Assembly: GCA_963833575.1 (NCBI GenBank)
Contig: CAWHXY010000004.1
Span: forward strand, 352,001 to 416,000
Reading direction: 5' to 3'
Length of the DNA: 64,000 bases
From: Candidatus Bathyarchaeota archaeon
Lineage (GTDB): Archaea; Thermoproteota; Bathyarchaeia; Bathyarchaeales; Bathycorpusculaceae
Positions 31,462 to 41,528 of the stretch are shown here, one piece after another; position 1 is the first letter of the stretch, and each line of letters begins with the position of its first letter. The translations under genes were made by a program, and so were the position numbers. The notes under the pieces were generated by a model. The model saw only the letters and a program-made list of their open reading frames with translations, had not been told where the DNA came from and did not search any database.

Positions 31462-32529
31462 TCATCCTATGTTTACTGGTTTGGGCTTTCGTTTTACACC
31501 GCATTTGCTGCACTTTTCTTCTGAGAGGTATCCGCTTGTTTTATTCTCATATTTGATTTGACCTTCTGAATACCAAGATGTGTTCTCCGCAAAGCTTTTC
31601 TTGACCGGGATGAATTCGTGAGTAGGTTTTTTGAGAGTGTCTAAAGTTCTTGAGTTCTCTGCGAGTTTGGTGTTAAGTTCTTCGAGTTGTGATAATTCAT
31701 CCTTTTGATAGTTTTCCAGTTGAGATTGAATTTTTCTAAGTTTGTCAAGAGCAGTTTCTAATTGGCGTATTTGGGCGGTAGCCTCTGCTAGCGCTCCGTA
31801 TTTATTGATAGTTTTGTTGATTTTTTCAATTCCAAATGATATGGATACTTGTTGATTTCTTATTTTTGCGTAATTATTCACTATTTTACTAATTTCTTTG
31901 TTTTGTTTACTTAGGTTTTCTATTTGGGTTTTGTAATTAAAGAATTCTTGATCGTAGTTTTGAGGGATTTCACAGCACAGAGGCTGTTTGCCTTCAATTT
32001 CTTTTGTTGCGTTTAAAAGTCGGGCTGCTTCTCTTTTATGTCTATCAATTTGGCTTCTGTCAGGTACCTGAAAGTCTTGCCATTCATCTGCGATTGATTT
32101 CACTTTATTAATGGTACTCGATCTTAACTTTGCTTTTCTTTCGAGATGTATTGCATCTTGCAACTGCCTCGTAATAAGGTCAGTCCGTGCTTTTGCCAAA
32201 GCATCAATTGATGACTTGCCTTTGGGTGTCAGCTCAAAAACAATTTTTCCTTGCCAATTAGCTTTCCGGATCAAGTGCTTTTCGCATAGCCTGTTAATAC
32301 TTATTTGCACTTGTTCTAGGTTAGTGCCCATTTTGTTACTAATTTTTGCGAGTGCCAGTTTTTCAGTTTGTTCATTTGTTGCTTTTTTGTCGAGATAATC
32401 CAAGATAGCTTCGTCGATTGGTAATTTACTTGTGTCATTGACAGTCGTGTCGGTACAGCTCCATTTAGGTATGACTTGTTCTAGGCTAAATTCAATTGCA
32501 ATATATCGAATTTGACTTTTATAAATCAA
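31462..32529 (-). CDS. Winged-helix plus coiled-coil hypothetical protein (true start probably downstream)
   Basis: INRL...LIRK...FELTPKG wHTH; long heptad region; C-terminal CxxC. Confidence 0.6.
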   Translation of the reverse strand: MIYKSQIRYIAIEFSLEQVIPKWSCTDTTVNDTSKLPIDEAILDYLDKKATNEQTEKLALAKISNKMGTNLEQVQISINRLCEKHLIRKANWQGKIVFELTPKGKSSIDALAKARTDLITRQLQDAIHLERKAKLRSSTINKVKSIADEWQDFQVPDRSQIDRHKREAARLLNATKEIEGKQPLCCEIPQNYDQEFFNYKTQIENLSKQNKEISKIVNNYAKIRNQQVSISFGIEKINKTINKYGALAEATAQIRQLETALDKLRKIQSQLENYQKDELSQLEELNTKLAENSRTLDTLKKPTHEFIPVKKSFAENTSWYSEGQIKYENKTSGYLSEEKCSKCGVKRKPKPVNIG

Positions 32530-32664
32530 TATCTAACTTTCTTCACATACTCTAGGCATGAACCCCTACCTATGGATCATGGCTCTATAGCAGGACATTT
32601 TTGAGGTTCGAAAGACAGTTTATAAAAAAAAGAAAGCAAGAGGTTGTTAGTTTTTTGCGTTTGG

Positions 32665-33327
32665 TTATGTTAGTTTTGTGCCGCATTCGCCGCAGAAGCT
32701 CGTGGCTGCGGGGTTTTTAGCTCCGCATTTGGGGCATACTTTCAGTCCTAATGGCGCTCCGCAGTTATTGCAGAATTTGCCTGATCCTGCTGGTTTTCCG
32801 CATACGGGGCAGAGTGTTTGTCTCTGTGTTATTTCGCCTGTGTACACTTGGGTAGTTTCGGCTTTTTGTTTGATGTCTGTAACCATTTTTTCGGCTCTTG
32901 CTGCAGCTACTTCTGTGCTTTCCCTTGGCGCGTCTTCGACACATAGTCCTTCTTGTTCGTTCCAGTCGTTTTCGCAGACGTATTTGTGGCATCTTGGGCA
33001 TCGTTGGAAGTGGCCTTTGGCTTCGTTTTGTGCAAGTTCAAATGCTTGTTCGTGTTCTTTGTGCCATTCTGGTGTCATGCCTTGGAATCTTTCGCTCATG
33101 ACATCTGCGCCTTGTTGAAGCGAATAGCCGCTGCTGCGCCCAGCTAGTTGAGATCCTATGGAAGCGACCTGGCCTACTCCTCTCCAGAATCCTTTTTTCT
33201 TGTAGGTTTTGCTTGCAATGAAGTTTGTTTTGTAGCCGTCGTTGCATATGTCGCAGTTGAACGTAAATTGGAACCCTGCATCCGTGCTATTGTCTTGATA
33301 GTTTCGGGTAAAAGGTTGAAGTGGCAT
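32665..33327 (-). CDS. Multi zinc-ribbon (double zinc ribbon) protein
   Basis: Many CxxC pairs; C-terminal CPVCG...CNNCG...CPKCG...CGECG. Confidence 0.8.
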   Translation of the reverse strand: MPLQPFTRNYQDNSTDAGFQFTFNCDICNDGYKTNFIASKTYKKKGFWRGVGQVASIGSQLAGRSSGYSLQQGADVMSERFQGMTPEWHKEHEQAFELAQNEAKGHFQRCPRCHKYVCENDWNEQEGLCVEDAPRESTEVAAARAEKMVTDIKQKAETTQVYTGEITQRQTLCPVCGKPAGSGKFCNNCGAPLGLKVCPKCGAKNPAATSFCGECGTKLT

Positions 33328-33332
33328 TTTTT

Positions 33333-33668
33333 TTATCTCCCTGTTATGTTTAGTGGTTTACCGCATTTTATGCATTTCTCTCCGAGCGGTGGCTGTTCGG
33401 TTTTGCACTTAGGACAGATTACTGTAAGTCTTTTACCGCAGCTTTGGCAGTAGTCTCCGAAAAATGTTGACTTTCCGCAGTATGGACAGTTTGTTTGAAG
33501 CGTCAAACCGCAACTGCTGCATTTGACTTGCCCGGTTTCGATTGGATTTCGGCATTTGGGGCATCTTTGAGGCCCAACTGGGTTGACTTTTCCGCAGAAT
33601 GGACATACGTTGTCGTCAAAAGATACGAGTTTTCCGCAATATTTACAAGGATGCTTGTAACCCGGCAT
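33333..33668 (-). CDS. Zinc-ribbon repeat protein
   Basis: Eight CxxC pairs in 111 aa; operonic. Confidence 0.8.
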   Translation of the reverse strand: MPGYKHPCKYCGKLVSFDDNVCPFCGKVNPVGPQRCPKCRNPIETGQVKCSSCGLTLQTNCPYCGKSTFFGDYCQSCGKRLTVICPKCKTEQPPLGEKCIKCGKPLNITGR

Positions 33669-35159
33669 TCATTGACCTCCTTTACTCCATTTTTCGTGGT
33701 CATCTATACTTTTGGTATTAAAGGCTAATAAGCTAATTACATCGGCTTTCCATTGTTCTTGGGATGCGTGAATTACTCTGCCCACAAATTGCTCTCTGAG
33801 GACTTTGAGCGAAGGAATTTTTGATATGGCGAACCTATATTGAGTATACCGAGTGCTTTCAAGCTGGTTTTCTGTGAGGTATATTGGTTCTCTTCTGAAA
33901 TTGATTTCAATCATGGATCGATTGAAGTTTTTGATGAAACTCTCTAATTCTTTAGTTAAATCATCATCTTCAGTTTGAGCGTATTCTTTTCTTCCAGCTG
34001 ATTTGAAAAAGTAGGTTGCTCCTATTGCGCCTGTTTCTTGTTCCTGGCCTTGGTTTTGAAGTGTTTCTTCTGGTATTTCGGAGTCCTCGTTTTTTATTAG
34101 TTGATCCTTGTTTTCAGAGTTGTCTTGAGTGTTGAATGCTTCTAGGGCGACTGTGTTGCTTAGTCTGTTTGTTCCTGGATTGAGAAGTGGGAATAGCATC
34201 CACATGTAAGTGCCTGTTAAGTCGCCCATGAGTCCGCGTTTTAGTCCTAAACAAACTTGGTCTTTTGCTGCAAGTGAATTCAGGAACTCATATTCCATCG
34301 TTAAGCCTGCTTCGTCTATTTTCTTGGTTAGTCGTCGCCAGAGGTCGGTTGATTGCTGTTCGATTTCTTTTCTTTTTGCTGCCAGCCCATCTTTCATTAG
34401 AGTTGCTAGTTTGTTTATTGTAATCGGTGTTGCTTCTGGAATTAGTTCTTTTATGCTTTGTTGTGTTCTAAGAATCATTTTGTTTATCGCATCTGAGAGG
34501 GCTTTTGCAAGTGGATCAAAGTTCTGTCCAAGTTGGGTGAATTCGGTTTTTTCTTGGGATTCGTTTGTTATCGTCAGTTTGTAGTCTTGTTTGTTTACTT
34601 TGGTTATGTAGCAATATGGAATACGGATAGGTTCGTTTTTTTGTGGAAGAACCACTAGTGCCGTGTCGTAGAGACGGATTTCACAATGTCCGGTTTGATT
34701 TATTTGGCCGTTTGGTTCAAGTTGTACGTATTGCCCTTCGAAGCCAGCCTGGAGCAGTGATTCTTCGATAAGCAAATACTTGAGCATGAGTTCGTTTCGG
34801 AGCTTGAATAATAGGAAAAGGAAGTCTTCGTAATTATATCCTAAGCTCCAAAGGTTTAGCTTTTCTTTCGAACTTAAGAAAAGGTCGACTTTATAGTCGT
34901 AGTCCGATATTCCAACAATGTCGGTGTAAGCGAAAAGCATGGGCTCCCCGAACGTAACGGTCAAAGTCAAGTACTGTTCGTCGAGAGTAGCCTTTGCTTC
35001 TCCTTCCTCTCTTACGTTTGACATATCATCGTAGAGTTTGTAGTTGAGTGCAACTTCCATAGTTTCACCTTTAGGGACTATTTGTGTGGTTAGTGACATA
35101 TCTAATTTTGCAGGTTGAGTACTAAAAAATATTGAGTTGTACACGAGAATATTAAACAA
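33669..35159 (-). CDS. Hypothetical protein, possibly tandem PH-like domains (start probably MEVAL at 35060)
   Basis: Long ORF abutting the zinc-ribbon genes; two similar beta-rich segments. Confidence 0.65.
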   Translation of the reverse strand: MFNILVYNSIFFSTQPAKLDMSLTTQIVPKGETMEVALNYKLYDDMSNVREEGEAKATLDEQYLTLTVTFGEPMLFAYTDIVGISDYDYKVDLFLSSKEKLNLWSLGYNYEDFLFLLFKLRNELMLKYLLIEESLLQAGFEGQYVQLEPNGQINQTGHCEIRLYDTALVVLPQKNEPIRIPYCYITKVNKQDYKLTITNESQEKTEFTQLGQNFDPLAKALSDAINKMILRTQQSIKELIPEATPITINKLATLMKDGLAAKRKEIEQQSTDLWRRLTKKIDEAGLTMEYEFLNSLAAKDQVCLGLKRGLMGDLTGTYMWMLFPLLNPGTNRLSNTVALEAFNTQDNSENKDQLIKNEDSEIPEETLQNQGQEQETGAIGATYFFKSAGRKEYAQTEDDDLTKELESFIKNFNRSMIEINFRREPIYLTENQLESTRYTQYRFAISKIPSLKVLREQFVGRVIHASQEQWKADVISLLAFNTKSIDDHEKWSKGGQ

Positions 35160-35269
35160 GACTGTACGACATAAAAAAGCATGAGAAAGAATTAGAAAAG
35201 TTAATGCGGTTTTAGGCTACTTGTAATTCGAAGATTTAAAAACTGTTTTGAATAGCCCCACGCAAAGAT

Positions 35270-35605
35270 TTAAGAAGAGAATTCTCCTTGGCTGATATGC
35301 GTTAATTCATGTTCCAAACTCTCAACAAGGTCAGCAGATTGTTTAACTAAAATGATGAAAGCTTCTTCAAACACAAACGTACAAGCTTCAATTAACTTGT
35401 CATTAAAATCTACTCCATATTCTTTAACTCTGGTATCAATCACACCGGGATTTTTCTTTAATAGTTTTAACATGTGATCGAAGTCTTTTTCATCAAATGT
35501 GTAGGCGTAGATATCTGGAAAAGGTTTGCCTGAAATTTTTTTCCAAACAACTTTAAGGAGCTTGGTAGAAACTGTCCTTGCAGAGGTTAATTTAGGTAAA
35601 TTCAA
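35270..35605 (-). CDS. Small HExxH-motif protein
   Basis: LEHELTH near the C-terminus. Confidence 0.55.
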   Translation of the reverse strand: MNLPKLTSARTVSTKLLKVVWKKISGKPFPDIYAYTFDEKDFDHMLKLLKKNPGVIDTRVKEYGVDFNDKLIEACTFVFEEAFIILVKQSADLVESLEHELTHISQGEFSS

Positions 35606-35925
35606 CTGCTATCACTTTAAAAAAGAACTAGCGGAGTTTATCAAGATTCAGGTTTTCTGAGATTCCTAAACCGCCATCTCTGATCTTGTTGTCGCCAAGG
35701 AGAACCAGTCATTGAAGTTGTTAATTTTAGAATACTTGACAAGTCAGGAAGCCATAGTTTCCTGAACTAATCTTCTCTTTAACTTAAGAAGTTGTCTCTG
35801 AAAAATCAATGCTGAGTTGGTACGGTAAAATACAGTTGTTACACCATTAACACACCCACAATCCTTCTTATTTCTCTCTATAGAAGTAACATAGGTATAT
35901 TCCACCACAACTAGGGAGAACTATA

Positions 35926-36066
35926 TTGGCTAACTGTCCAAACTGCAAAAAAGAAATATGCAAACCAGAGAAATCTCTCAAAAACTGTGTTTTCCAAATA
36001 GACGTTTATGTCTGTAGTGCTTGCGGACAACAGTTTAGAGAGACAAAAGATCAGTTTTCACGTTGA
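35926..36066 (+). CDS. 46-aa zinc-ribbon microprotein (MANCPNCKKEICKPEK...CSACG)
   Basis: GGGAG SD plus TTG; two CxxC; paralog at 62616. Confidence 0.7.
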   Translation: MANCPNCKKEICKPEKSLKNCVFQIDVYVCSACGQQFRETKDQFSR

Positions 36067-36284
36067 TAAGCAGAAAGCAGGTTTACATTTGCTATTCAGC
36101 TTTTTTGATTTATACGTATTGTCTGTTTATTATTATTTGTTGTAATTAGACATATACTTGTGCAGATTTGTAGGAAAAATCACTATTTTAATTCTTTAGC
36201 CATACTTCTGCATTGTCAGAATTTTCTGAAAAATAGGAAAGCTTAAGTATTAAAAACGTGTTTTATTGGTCATGGCGATTAAGT

Positions 36285-36536
36285 GTGAGTAGTTGTGAAG
36301 GAGACACCTGCAGAATTGATGCTGTCATTACTATGGATGCGAAAGGGCAAATTGTTCTTCCCAAAGATTTACGAGAAAAGGCAAATTTCAAGCCAAATGA
36401 CAAAATAGCTGTGGTGGCTTGCGAGAAGAACGGCGAAGTGTGCTGCATCATGATTTTAAAAGCTGAGAGATTCGTCGGTGCCGTAACGAAAACGCTTGGT
36501 CCATTGCTTAAAGGAGTAACTAACCAGGAGAGTTAA
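36285..36536 (+). CDS. AbrB/MazE-type protein resembling the HgcAB-associated HgcC family
   Basis: [14 protein letters not shown] AbrB motif; Cys-rich N-terminus and VCC; directly upstream of arsM. Confidence 0.7.
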   Translation: MSSCEGDTCRIDAVITMDAKGQIVLPKDLREKANFKPNDKIAVVACEKNGEVCCIMILKAERFVGAVTKTLGPLLKGVTNQES

Positions 36537-36538
36537 TA

Positions 36539-37366
36539 ATGAAAGAAGAAAAAGTTAAGAAAATTGTTAGAAATCGTTATGCAAAGGTCGCTAAAACAAA
36601 TGGTTCTTGCGCGGCCTCAAACGTGAGCTGTTGCTCAGCCCCTTCAAACCAGCAGGTGAGTAAAATGATAGGATATAGCGAAGAAGAAATAAATGCAGTT
36701 CCAGAAGGTGCCAATCTGGGATTAGGCTGTGGGAACCCTACAGCATTGGCTTCTTTGAAAGAAGGTGAAAGAATTCTCGATTTAGGTTCAGGTGCAGGGT
36801 TCGATTGCTTTTTGGCAGCCAAGAAAGTTGGCAAACAAGGAAAAGTAATTGGAGTAGACATGACTCCGGAAATGCTTGACAAAGCAAGAGCAAACGCTAA
36901 GAAAGGCAAATACACAAATGTAGAGTTTAGACTAGGAGAAATCGAAAACCTACCCGTTGCCGACAACTCGGTTGATGTCATAATTTCAAATTGCGTAATC
37001 AATCTCGCTCCAAACAAGAAGCGCGTATTCGAAGAAGCTTTCAGGGTTCTTGCTCCAATGGGTCGATTAATGGTTTCGGACATTGTGCTCTTAAAAGAGT
37101 TGCCTGAATCTATCCGAAATAATGTTGAAGCTTATGCTGGATGCATTTCTGGAGCGGAAATCAAGAACAAGTATCTCGAACTAATAAGGAAGGCTGGATT
37201 CCAAGAAGTTAAAGTCATAGAGGAAAAAACATACCCACTTGAATACATCATAAGCGAATCCACTTTGAAAGAAGCTATTAAGATGGCAAGCATGACGGAA
37301 GATGAGGTAAAAGAAGCGGCGAACATTGTGGTAAGCATTAAAGTCTCAGCAGTAAAAAACAATTAG
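36539..37366 (+). CDS. arsM: Arsenite S-adenosylmethionine methyltransferase
   Basis: [26 protein letters not shown] and AGCISGA motifs. Confidence 0.92.
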   Translation: MKEEKVKKIVRNRYAKVAKTNGSCAASNVSCCSAPSNQQVSKMIGYSEEEINAVPEGANLGLGCGNPTALASLKEGERILDLGSGAGFDCFLAAKKVGKQGKVIGVDMTPEMLDKARANAKKGKYTNVEFRLGEIENLPVADNSVDVIISNCVINLAPNKKRVFEEAFRVLAPMGRLMVSDIVLLKELPESIRNNVEAYAGCISGAEIKNKYLELIRKAGFQEVKVIEEKTYPLEYIISESTLKEAIKMASMTEDEVKEAANIVVSIKVSAVKNN

Positions 37367-37379
37367 CGAGGAATCAATT

Positions 37380-37958
37380 GTGAAACTCTCCCTTCCTGCA
37401 CAAACAATATTGCTCCCTTCTCCAGTGCTGATCATTGGAACATATGGCCCAGATGGCAGACCCAATATTATGACTGCCGCCTGGGGAGGAATAGCATCCA
37501 GCAAACCCCCATGTATTAGTGTGTCTCTCAGGGAGGCGACGCTTAGCTATCATAACATCAAACAGACCGAGGCCTTCACAGTAAATATTCCTTCTGAAAA
37601 GTACCTCAAAGAGGCCGACTTTGTTGGCATAGTTACGGGAAGAGAATGTGACAAATTCAAAGAGACTCGACTTACCGCGGAAAAGAGCAAATTAGTCAAT
37701 GCCCCAATCGTAAAAGAATTTCCATATGCTCTTGAATGCCATCTGGTTAAGAAGGTTGATCTTGGCTTGCACACAATGTTTATTGGAGAAATCGTCGGAA
37801 TGGTCGCTGATAGTGAGGTTCTAAGTCCAAACAAACTTCCAGACATCGAGAAAGTGCGACCTTTACTGTTTGGTTCATTTGGCAGTATGGCATATTATAA
37901 TTTAGGCGACAAACTTGGAGATGCATTCGCAGTTGGAAAAGAAATACAACGGAGCTAA
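37380..37958 (+). CDS. Flavin reductase/flavoredoxin family protein
   Basis: PNIMTAAWGG, FTVNIP, LEC and HTMFIGEI motifs. Confidence 0.88.
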   Translation: MKLSLPAQTILLPSPVLIIGTYGPDGRPNIMTAAWGGIASSKPPCISVSLREATLSYHNIKQTEAFTVNIPSEKYLKEADFVGIVTGRECDKFKETRLTAEKSKLVNAPIVKEFPYALECHLVKKVDLGLHTMFIGEIVGMVADSEVLSPNKLPDIEKVRPLLFGSFGSMAYYNLGDKLGDAFAVGKEIQRS

Positions 37959-38100
37959 ATTTAGCTATGCAATAAGAATTAATCAAAAAAGCAAGTTAAT
38001 TAACTCAATTTTTATAGAAAGGTTATAATTAAGCTGTCGAAGAGAATTATAAAAAGCTTCGCAAATAGCGTTGTTTCAAATGGGACAATACTGTACCTAT

Positions 38101-38130
38101 TTGTAACATAAATGTCACAATACTTATTAC
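38101..38130 (+). promoter_or_regulatory. Palindrome TTGTAACA-taaa-TGTCACAA plus TATA-like CTTATTA upstream of the BHB RNA
   Basis: 7/8 inverted repeat abutting a TATA-like box about 25 nt before the RNA stem. Confidence 0.45.
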
Positions 38131-38153
38131 AAACCGTAAACTAAATTACTTTT

Positions 38154-38386
38154 GCAGGTCAAGGAGCAAGCTTTAGATGCAATGCATTGAGGCATAGAAG
38201 CGTGCTAGTTGAAACAGCGAAAAATTAGTACGCGGCTAAGATCTTTCCTCAATGGGCTGAACATGTATAGTGTTGGAATCAACTAAGCCGCGAAGCAGCA
38301 GATTCATAACGGCACAAAGAATCTGCAGCGATTAAGATCGCGCTTAGATGGGCCGTAAACAACAATAAGGCTCAGACTTGACCTGC
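38154..38386 (+). ncRNA. Structured non-coding RNA closed by a canonical bulge-helix-bulge motif (putative circular RNA precursor)
   Basis: GCAGGTCAAG-GAGC-AAG-CTT ... AAG-GCTC-AGA-CTTGACCTGC; at least 5 internal helices; G-U pairs favour the + strand. Confidence 0.7.
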
Positions 38387-38558
38387 GATAAACTAAGTGG
38401 GAAAAAAATAAAACATAAAGTAAATTTAAATTCCACTTTTTTATTCTTAGTTTTTAGGTCAAACATATTCGTTAGTTTTTTTGATCTTCGAAATTCTAAT
38501 ACAAGAGCCAAACCTCAAAGAAAACTATAGCAAAACAAGCTAAGAAATCATAATTAGA

Positions 38559-39491
38559 TTATTTGATTACGAGCTTCTGTGAATGCTTGTCGTGTGCTTC
38601 ATCTGACTCTATTCTTATCTTGAATTCTAAGACTTCATCAAATATCTGTTTTATCTTCTCTTCTACATTAGAAGCTATTTGATCTGCTTCCCTGACAAGC
38701 ATTTCACTGGAAACAACAATATTCATGTCCCCAGTCATGTATGGACCTACCTTTCTCACGCGAATGCTATGTGCTTCCTTAACGCCTTTAACGCTTTTAG
38801 CTAATTCTTCAATTGCACCAATGATATCTCCACAATTGCAAGCATCCACTAGAACTAAAGATGACTCTTTGAATATCGAATACGCGCCGACAAAAATGGC
38901 GCCAGAGATAAAGATTCCAGCAACTGAATCCGCATGCAAGATACCCAAGTACCTGTTAAGTGCAACACCACTAAGAACGGCAATTGAAGAAAGCACATCT
39001 AAAGTGCCGCTGAGCCCACCAACCTTCAGAGAGTTTGAACCAAACTTTTTTGATGCTCTATTAATCCATACAGATACTAGAAGCACGACTATTGTAGACG
39101 CAGTAGCAACTATAATTGCTGTTTCGGCGTTAGTAATTGCTTTTTGTGTCATCCACGCATTGTACGCTTCAAGAAGAATAAAACCCCCAAAAATAGCTAA
39201 AACGAAAGCTGCGATAAGACTCCCAAGAGATTCTATTCGATAATAACCAAAATGGAATGTACCATCAGGTGATCGCCTCGAAAATCTTAAGCCAATCCAC
39301 ACGACTAGAAAGATTATTGATGTTGCGATTGAGTCTATTCCATCGGCCAATAAAGCGACGCTATTAGAGAATAATGCCGCAATAACTTCAGCTATACCGA
39401 CTGCCAAAACTACGAAAAAAGCTATTTGCGCAACTACTGAACTCTTTTTCAGATCTCTTGATGACAAATCTATATCAACCTTGTTCAGCAA
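38559..39491 (-). CDS. Cation diffusion facilitator (CDF) transporter
   Basis: SVALLADG.DS and FHFGYYRIESL motifs; C-terminal dimerisation domain. Confidence 0.9.
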   Translation of the reverse strand: MLNKVDIDLSSRDLKKSSVVAQIAFFVVLAVGIAEVIAALFSNSVALLADGIDSIATSIIFLVVWIGLRFSRRSPDGTFHFGYYRIESLGSLIAAFVLAIFGGFILLEAYNAWMTQKAITNAETAIIVATASTIVVLLVSVWINRASKKFGSNSLKVGGLSGTLDVLSSIAVLSGVALNRYLGILHADSVAGIFISGAIFVGAYSIFKESSLVLVDACNCGDIIGAIEELAKSVKGVKEAHSIRVRKVGPYMTGDMNIVVSSEMLVREADQIASNVEEKIKQIFDEVLEFKIRIESDEAHDKHSQKLVIK

Positions 39492-39762
39492 CTATGGACT
39501 TCTAAGTCGGGTGTATTTAACACTTTAAAAAAACAATTCTTAAACTTTTTTGCAGCGTTTGAATTAATTTTACATGAAGTATTTAGTCTGAACGATTTTG
39601 AAATAAGTAAATTCTCAGTTAGCATAGCTTATTATCTCAATGTGATCGCAAGAACAGATTAAGTAGTTTTGGGCAAGTCATAAGCCTTCGCGATATCAAT
39701 TTCACTAAAAACCCTAGAAATTCTAATAAACAACAATATGAGTTTGCAAGAACGATGAAGAT

Positions 39763-39870
39763 ATGAGCTCTAACAAGAAACTCCATTGCAAAAATTGCGG
39801 TCGCGAAATTACCAAACACGATCATGAGAATTGCGACGGAATGTGTTTGGAATGCTGGGACGATGAATAA
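39763..39870 (+). CDS. 35-aa zinc-finger microprotein, possibly truncated (MSSNKKLHCKNCG...CLECWDDE)
   Basis: Two CxxC motifs in a short ATG-TAA ORF. Confidence 0.45.
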   Translation: MSSNKKLHCKNCGREITKHDHENCDGMCLECWDDE

Positions 39871-39931
39871 CAGAGTAGTTCGTCGGCAAATTCGACTATC
39901 TTAAGGTTGTATGAGTTCAACTTCAAAAAAG

Positions 39932-40531
39932 CTACCATTCGTCTCTTCTGCTGGTTTGCTCATTTTTGACGTCTTCGTCAGTTTGATGGTAAATTCCTTT
40001 GTCAGAATCTGAAACTATAAACAAGTCAGTCCCCGCGATATGGTTAACAATTGGAATTTTCACCAATCTATCTTCTCGTCTGATTGGCACATATTCTATG
40101 CTTAGTTCTTTGCTCGCCGACGCAAGTTTTTCTCCATTCGACCATAACTCAAACATTTCAACTTTTATTAGGTGTGGTCCAGCGCTTATGCCTTTCATAT
40201 TTAGAACTGTTGTTAGCTCAAAATCGTCTTTTGTGAGTAGTCCTTGGGGAATGCTGAGGCGGGTAGTATTCGTCATGTGGCTGTCAAAATATAAGTCGAG
40301 TGTTATTTTTGAGTAGGCAGCCTTTGAGGGCAACAATCGAAAACTAGTCTTGAGAGCCAACTCGTCCTCTCTTGTTATAGCGACGATTTCAGATATTATT
40401 ATTTTTTTCTTGGAGCTACATACTGAGGTTTGAGCGGATATCTTTTTTGTGACAGGTAAAGTGTCAAATGTTGTTTGGTTGAATTGGTTTACTTCAGCAA
40501 TCATTTTTTCTCTTGAGCGCCTGGTTTTCAT
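39932..40531 (-). CDS. Hypothetical protein (beta-rich, Ig-like)
   Basis: 199-aa ORF with ATG start. Confidence 0.6.
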   Translation of the reverse strand: MKTRRSREKMIAEVNQFNQTTFDTLPVTKKISAQTSVCSSKKKIIISEIVAITREDELALKTSFRLLPSKAAYSKITLDLYFDSHMTNTTRLSIPQGLLTKDDFELTTVLNMKGISAGPHLIKVEMFELWSNGEKLASASKELSIEYVPIRREDRLVKIPIVNHIAGTDLFIVSDSDKGIYHQTDEDVKNEQTSRRDEW

Positions 40532-40857
40532 TGGTCTGCAAACCTACTCTTTGCTTATAACACAATACCCAGTTAAGTTACACGGTTAATATCTGATCCA
40601 AACATAGTAAATAGTTACGAAAACTGCAACAAAGAAATTATAGTTTGTCCCATCATGAAATCAATATTCTTCTTTATTTAATTCTAAATTAAAAGAAAAA
40701 AATCTTTGGAAAAAAAATAAAATTTCTTTCTTGTATTTAGTAACTGAAGTTTATTGATCCAAGAATTAGTTTTAGTTTGTTAAGCGCTTGTTGCTTCAAC
40801 TTGTGCCAACATTATTTTATTATCTAAGAAAGCTTAACGGTAATTAAGGTAAGAAGA

Positions 40858-41097
40858 ATGAAGCAAGCGTATGCTTATACTGTGGATTTAACCAAAATAG
40901 ATGGCAAGGGAGATTTTTCATGTCCAAAATGTGGAGTTGTCATCTCGCCAGATGAGACTTCCGAAGAGATCTATAGCATTGTAGAGCCAAAAGTCAATGG
41001 TTACGGTTTAGAAGAAATAGTGATTTGCTGCACCAATTGTGCAAGTCAGATTCACCTTACTGGATTTTCTCTCTTGGAAAAACTATCAATTAAGTAA
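40858..41097 (+). CDS. Zinc-ribbon protein
   Basis: GDFSCPKCG..ISPD...CTNC..IHLTGF; paralog at 62767-63063. Confidence 0.8.
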   Translation: MKQAYAYTVDLTKIDGKGDFSCPKCGVVISPDETSEEIYSIVEPKVNGYGLEEIVICCTNCASQIHLTGFSLLEKLSIK

Positions 41098-41190
41098 TTG
41101 ATAACCTCAATGATTGTTCTATTAGAAGTTCCATTTTTCAGAATCGATGAAAATCGTTGTTGTTTTTAAAGCACACAAAGTCTATACTTT

Positions 41191-41352
41191 TCAAATAGTT
41201 GAGATTTTCATAATGATTTCTCGGTATCGCGTATCATTGAAGTCTTTTTCACAAGCCACCAGTACAAGTCTGTTTTCAGTTCCCTTGCACTGATATATCG
41301 TGAAGTATTTGCCGTCTTTGATTTCTTCTCCACACAACACACACTTCTTCAA
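41191..41352 (-). CDS. 53-aa Cys-containing microprotein (MKKCVLCGEEIKDGKY...)
   Basis: GGGAG SD plus TTG; CxxC and two more Cys. Confidence 0.55.
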   Translation of the reverse strand: MKKCVLCGEEIKDGKYFTIYQCKGTENRLVLVACEKDFNDTRYREIIMKISTI

Positions 41353-41528
41353 TTTTCTCCCTTGCCCTTAACGTGCTTTATGCATTACAACTATAATAGC
41401 GTAAATGTTGGTTCCAACTTGGCAAAGGCAATAGAATCCGCCTAACAAAAAATAATTAAACCCAAACATTAACCAAGTTACAGCAAAGTTCTTATTTTAT
41501 TAGCCACTAAAATTTTATTGTTGATTAT

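Noticed and set aside
35744-35765. Hairpin TCAGGAAGC-CATA-GTTTCCTGA as a riboswitch
   Set aside because: Isolated hairpin with no recognisable aptamer consensus
38154-38386. RNase P RNA, SRP RNA or intron-containing tRNA
   Set aside because: Loose echoes exist (UGAAAC, 3' ACAA..GGCUCA, CAGG..AGCA), but there is no GAGGAAAGUCC with P2/P3, no SRP helix-8 GNRA hairpin and no tRNA arms. An Rfam scan is still needed.
39828-39892. Stem GAATTGCGACGGA/TTCGTCGGCAAATTC as an ncRNA
   Set aside because: Overlaps a CxxC microprotein ORF; single imperfect stem with no second copy
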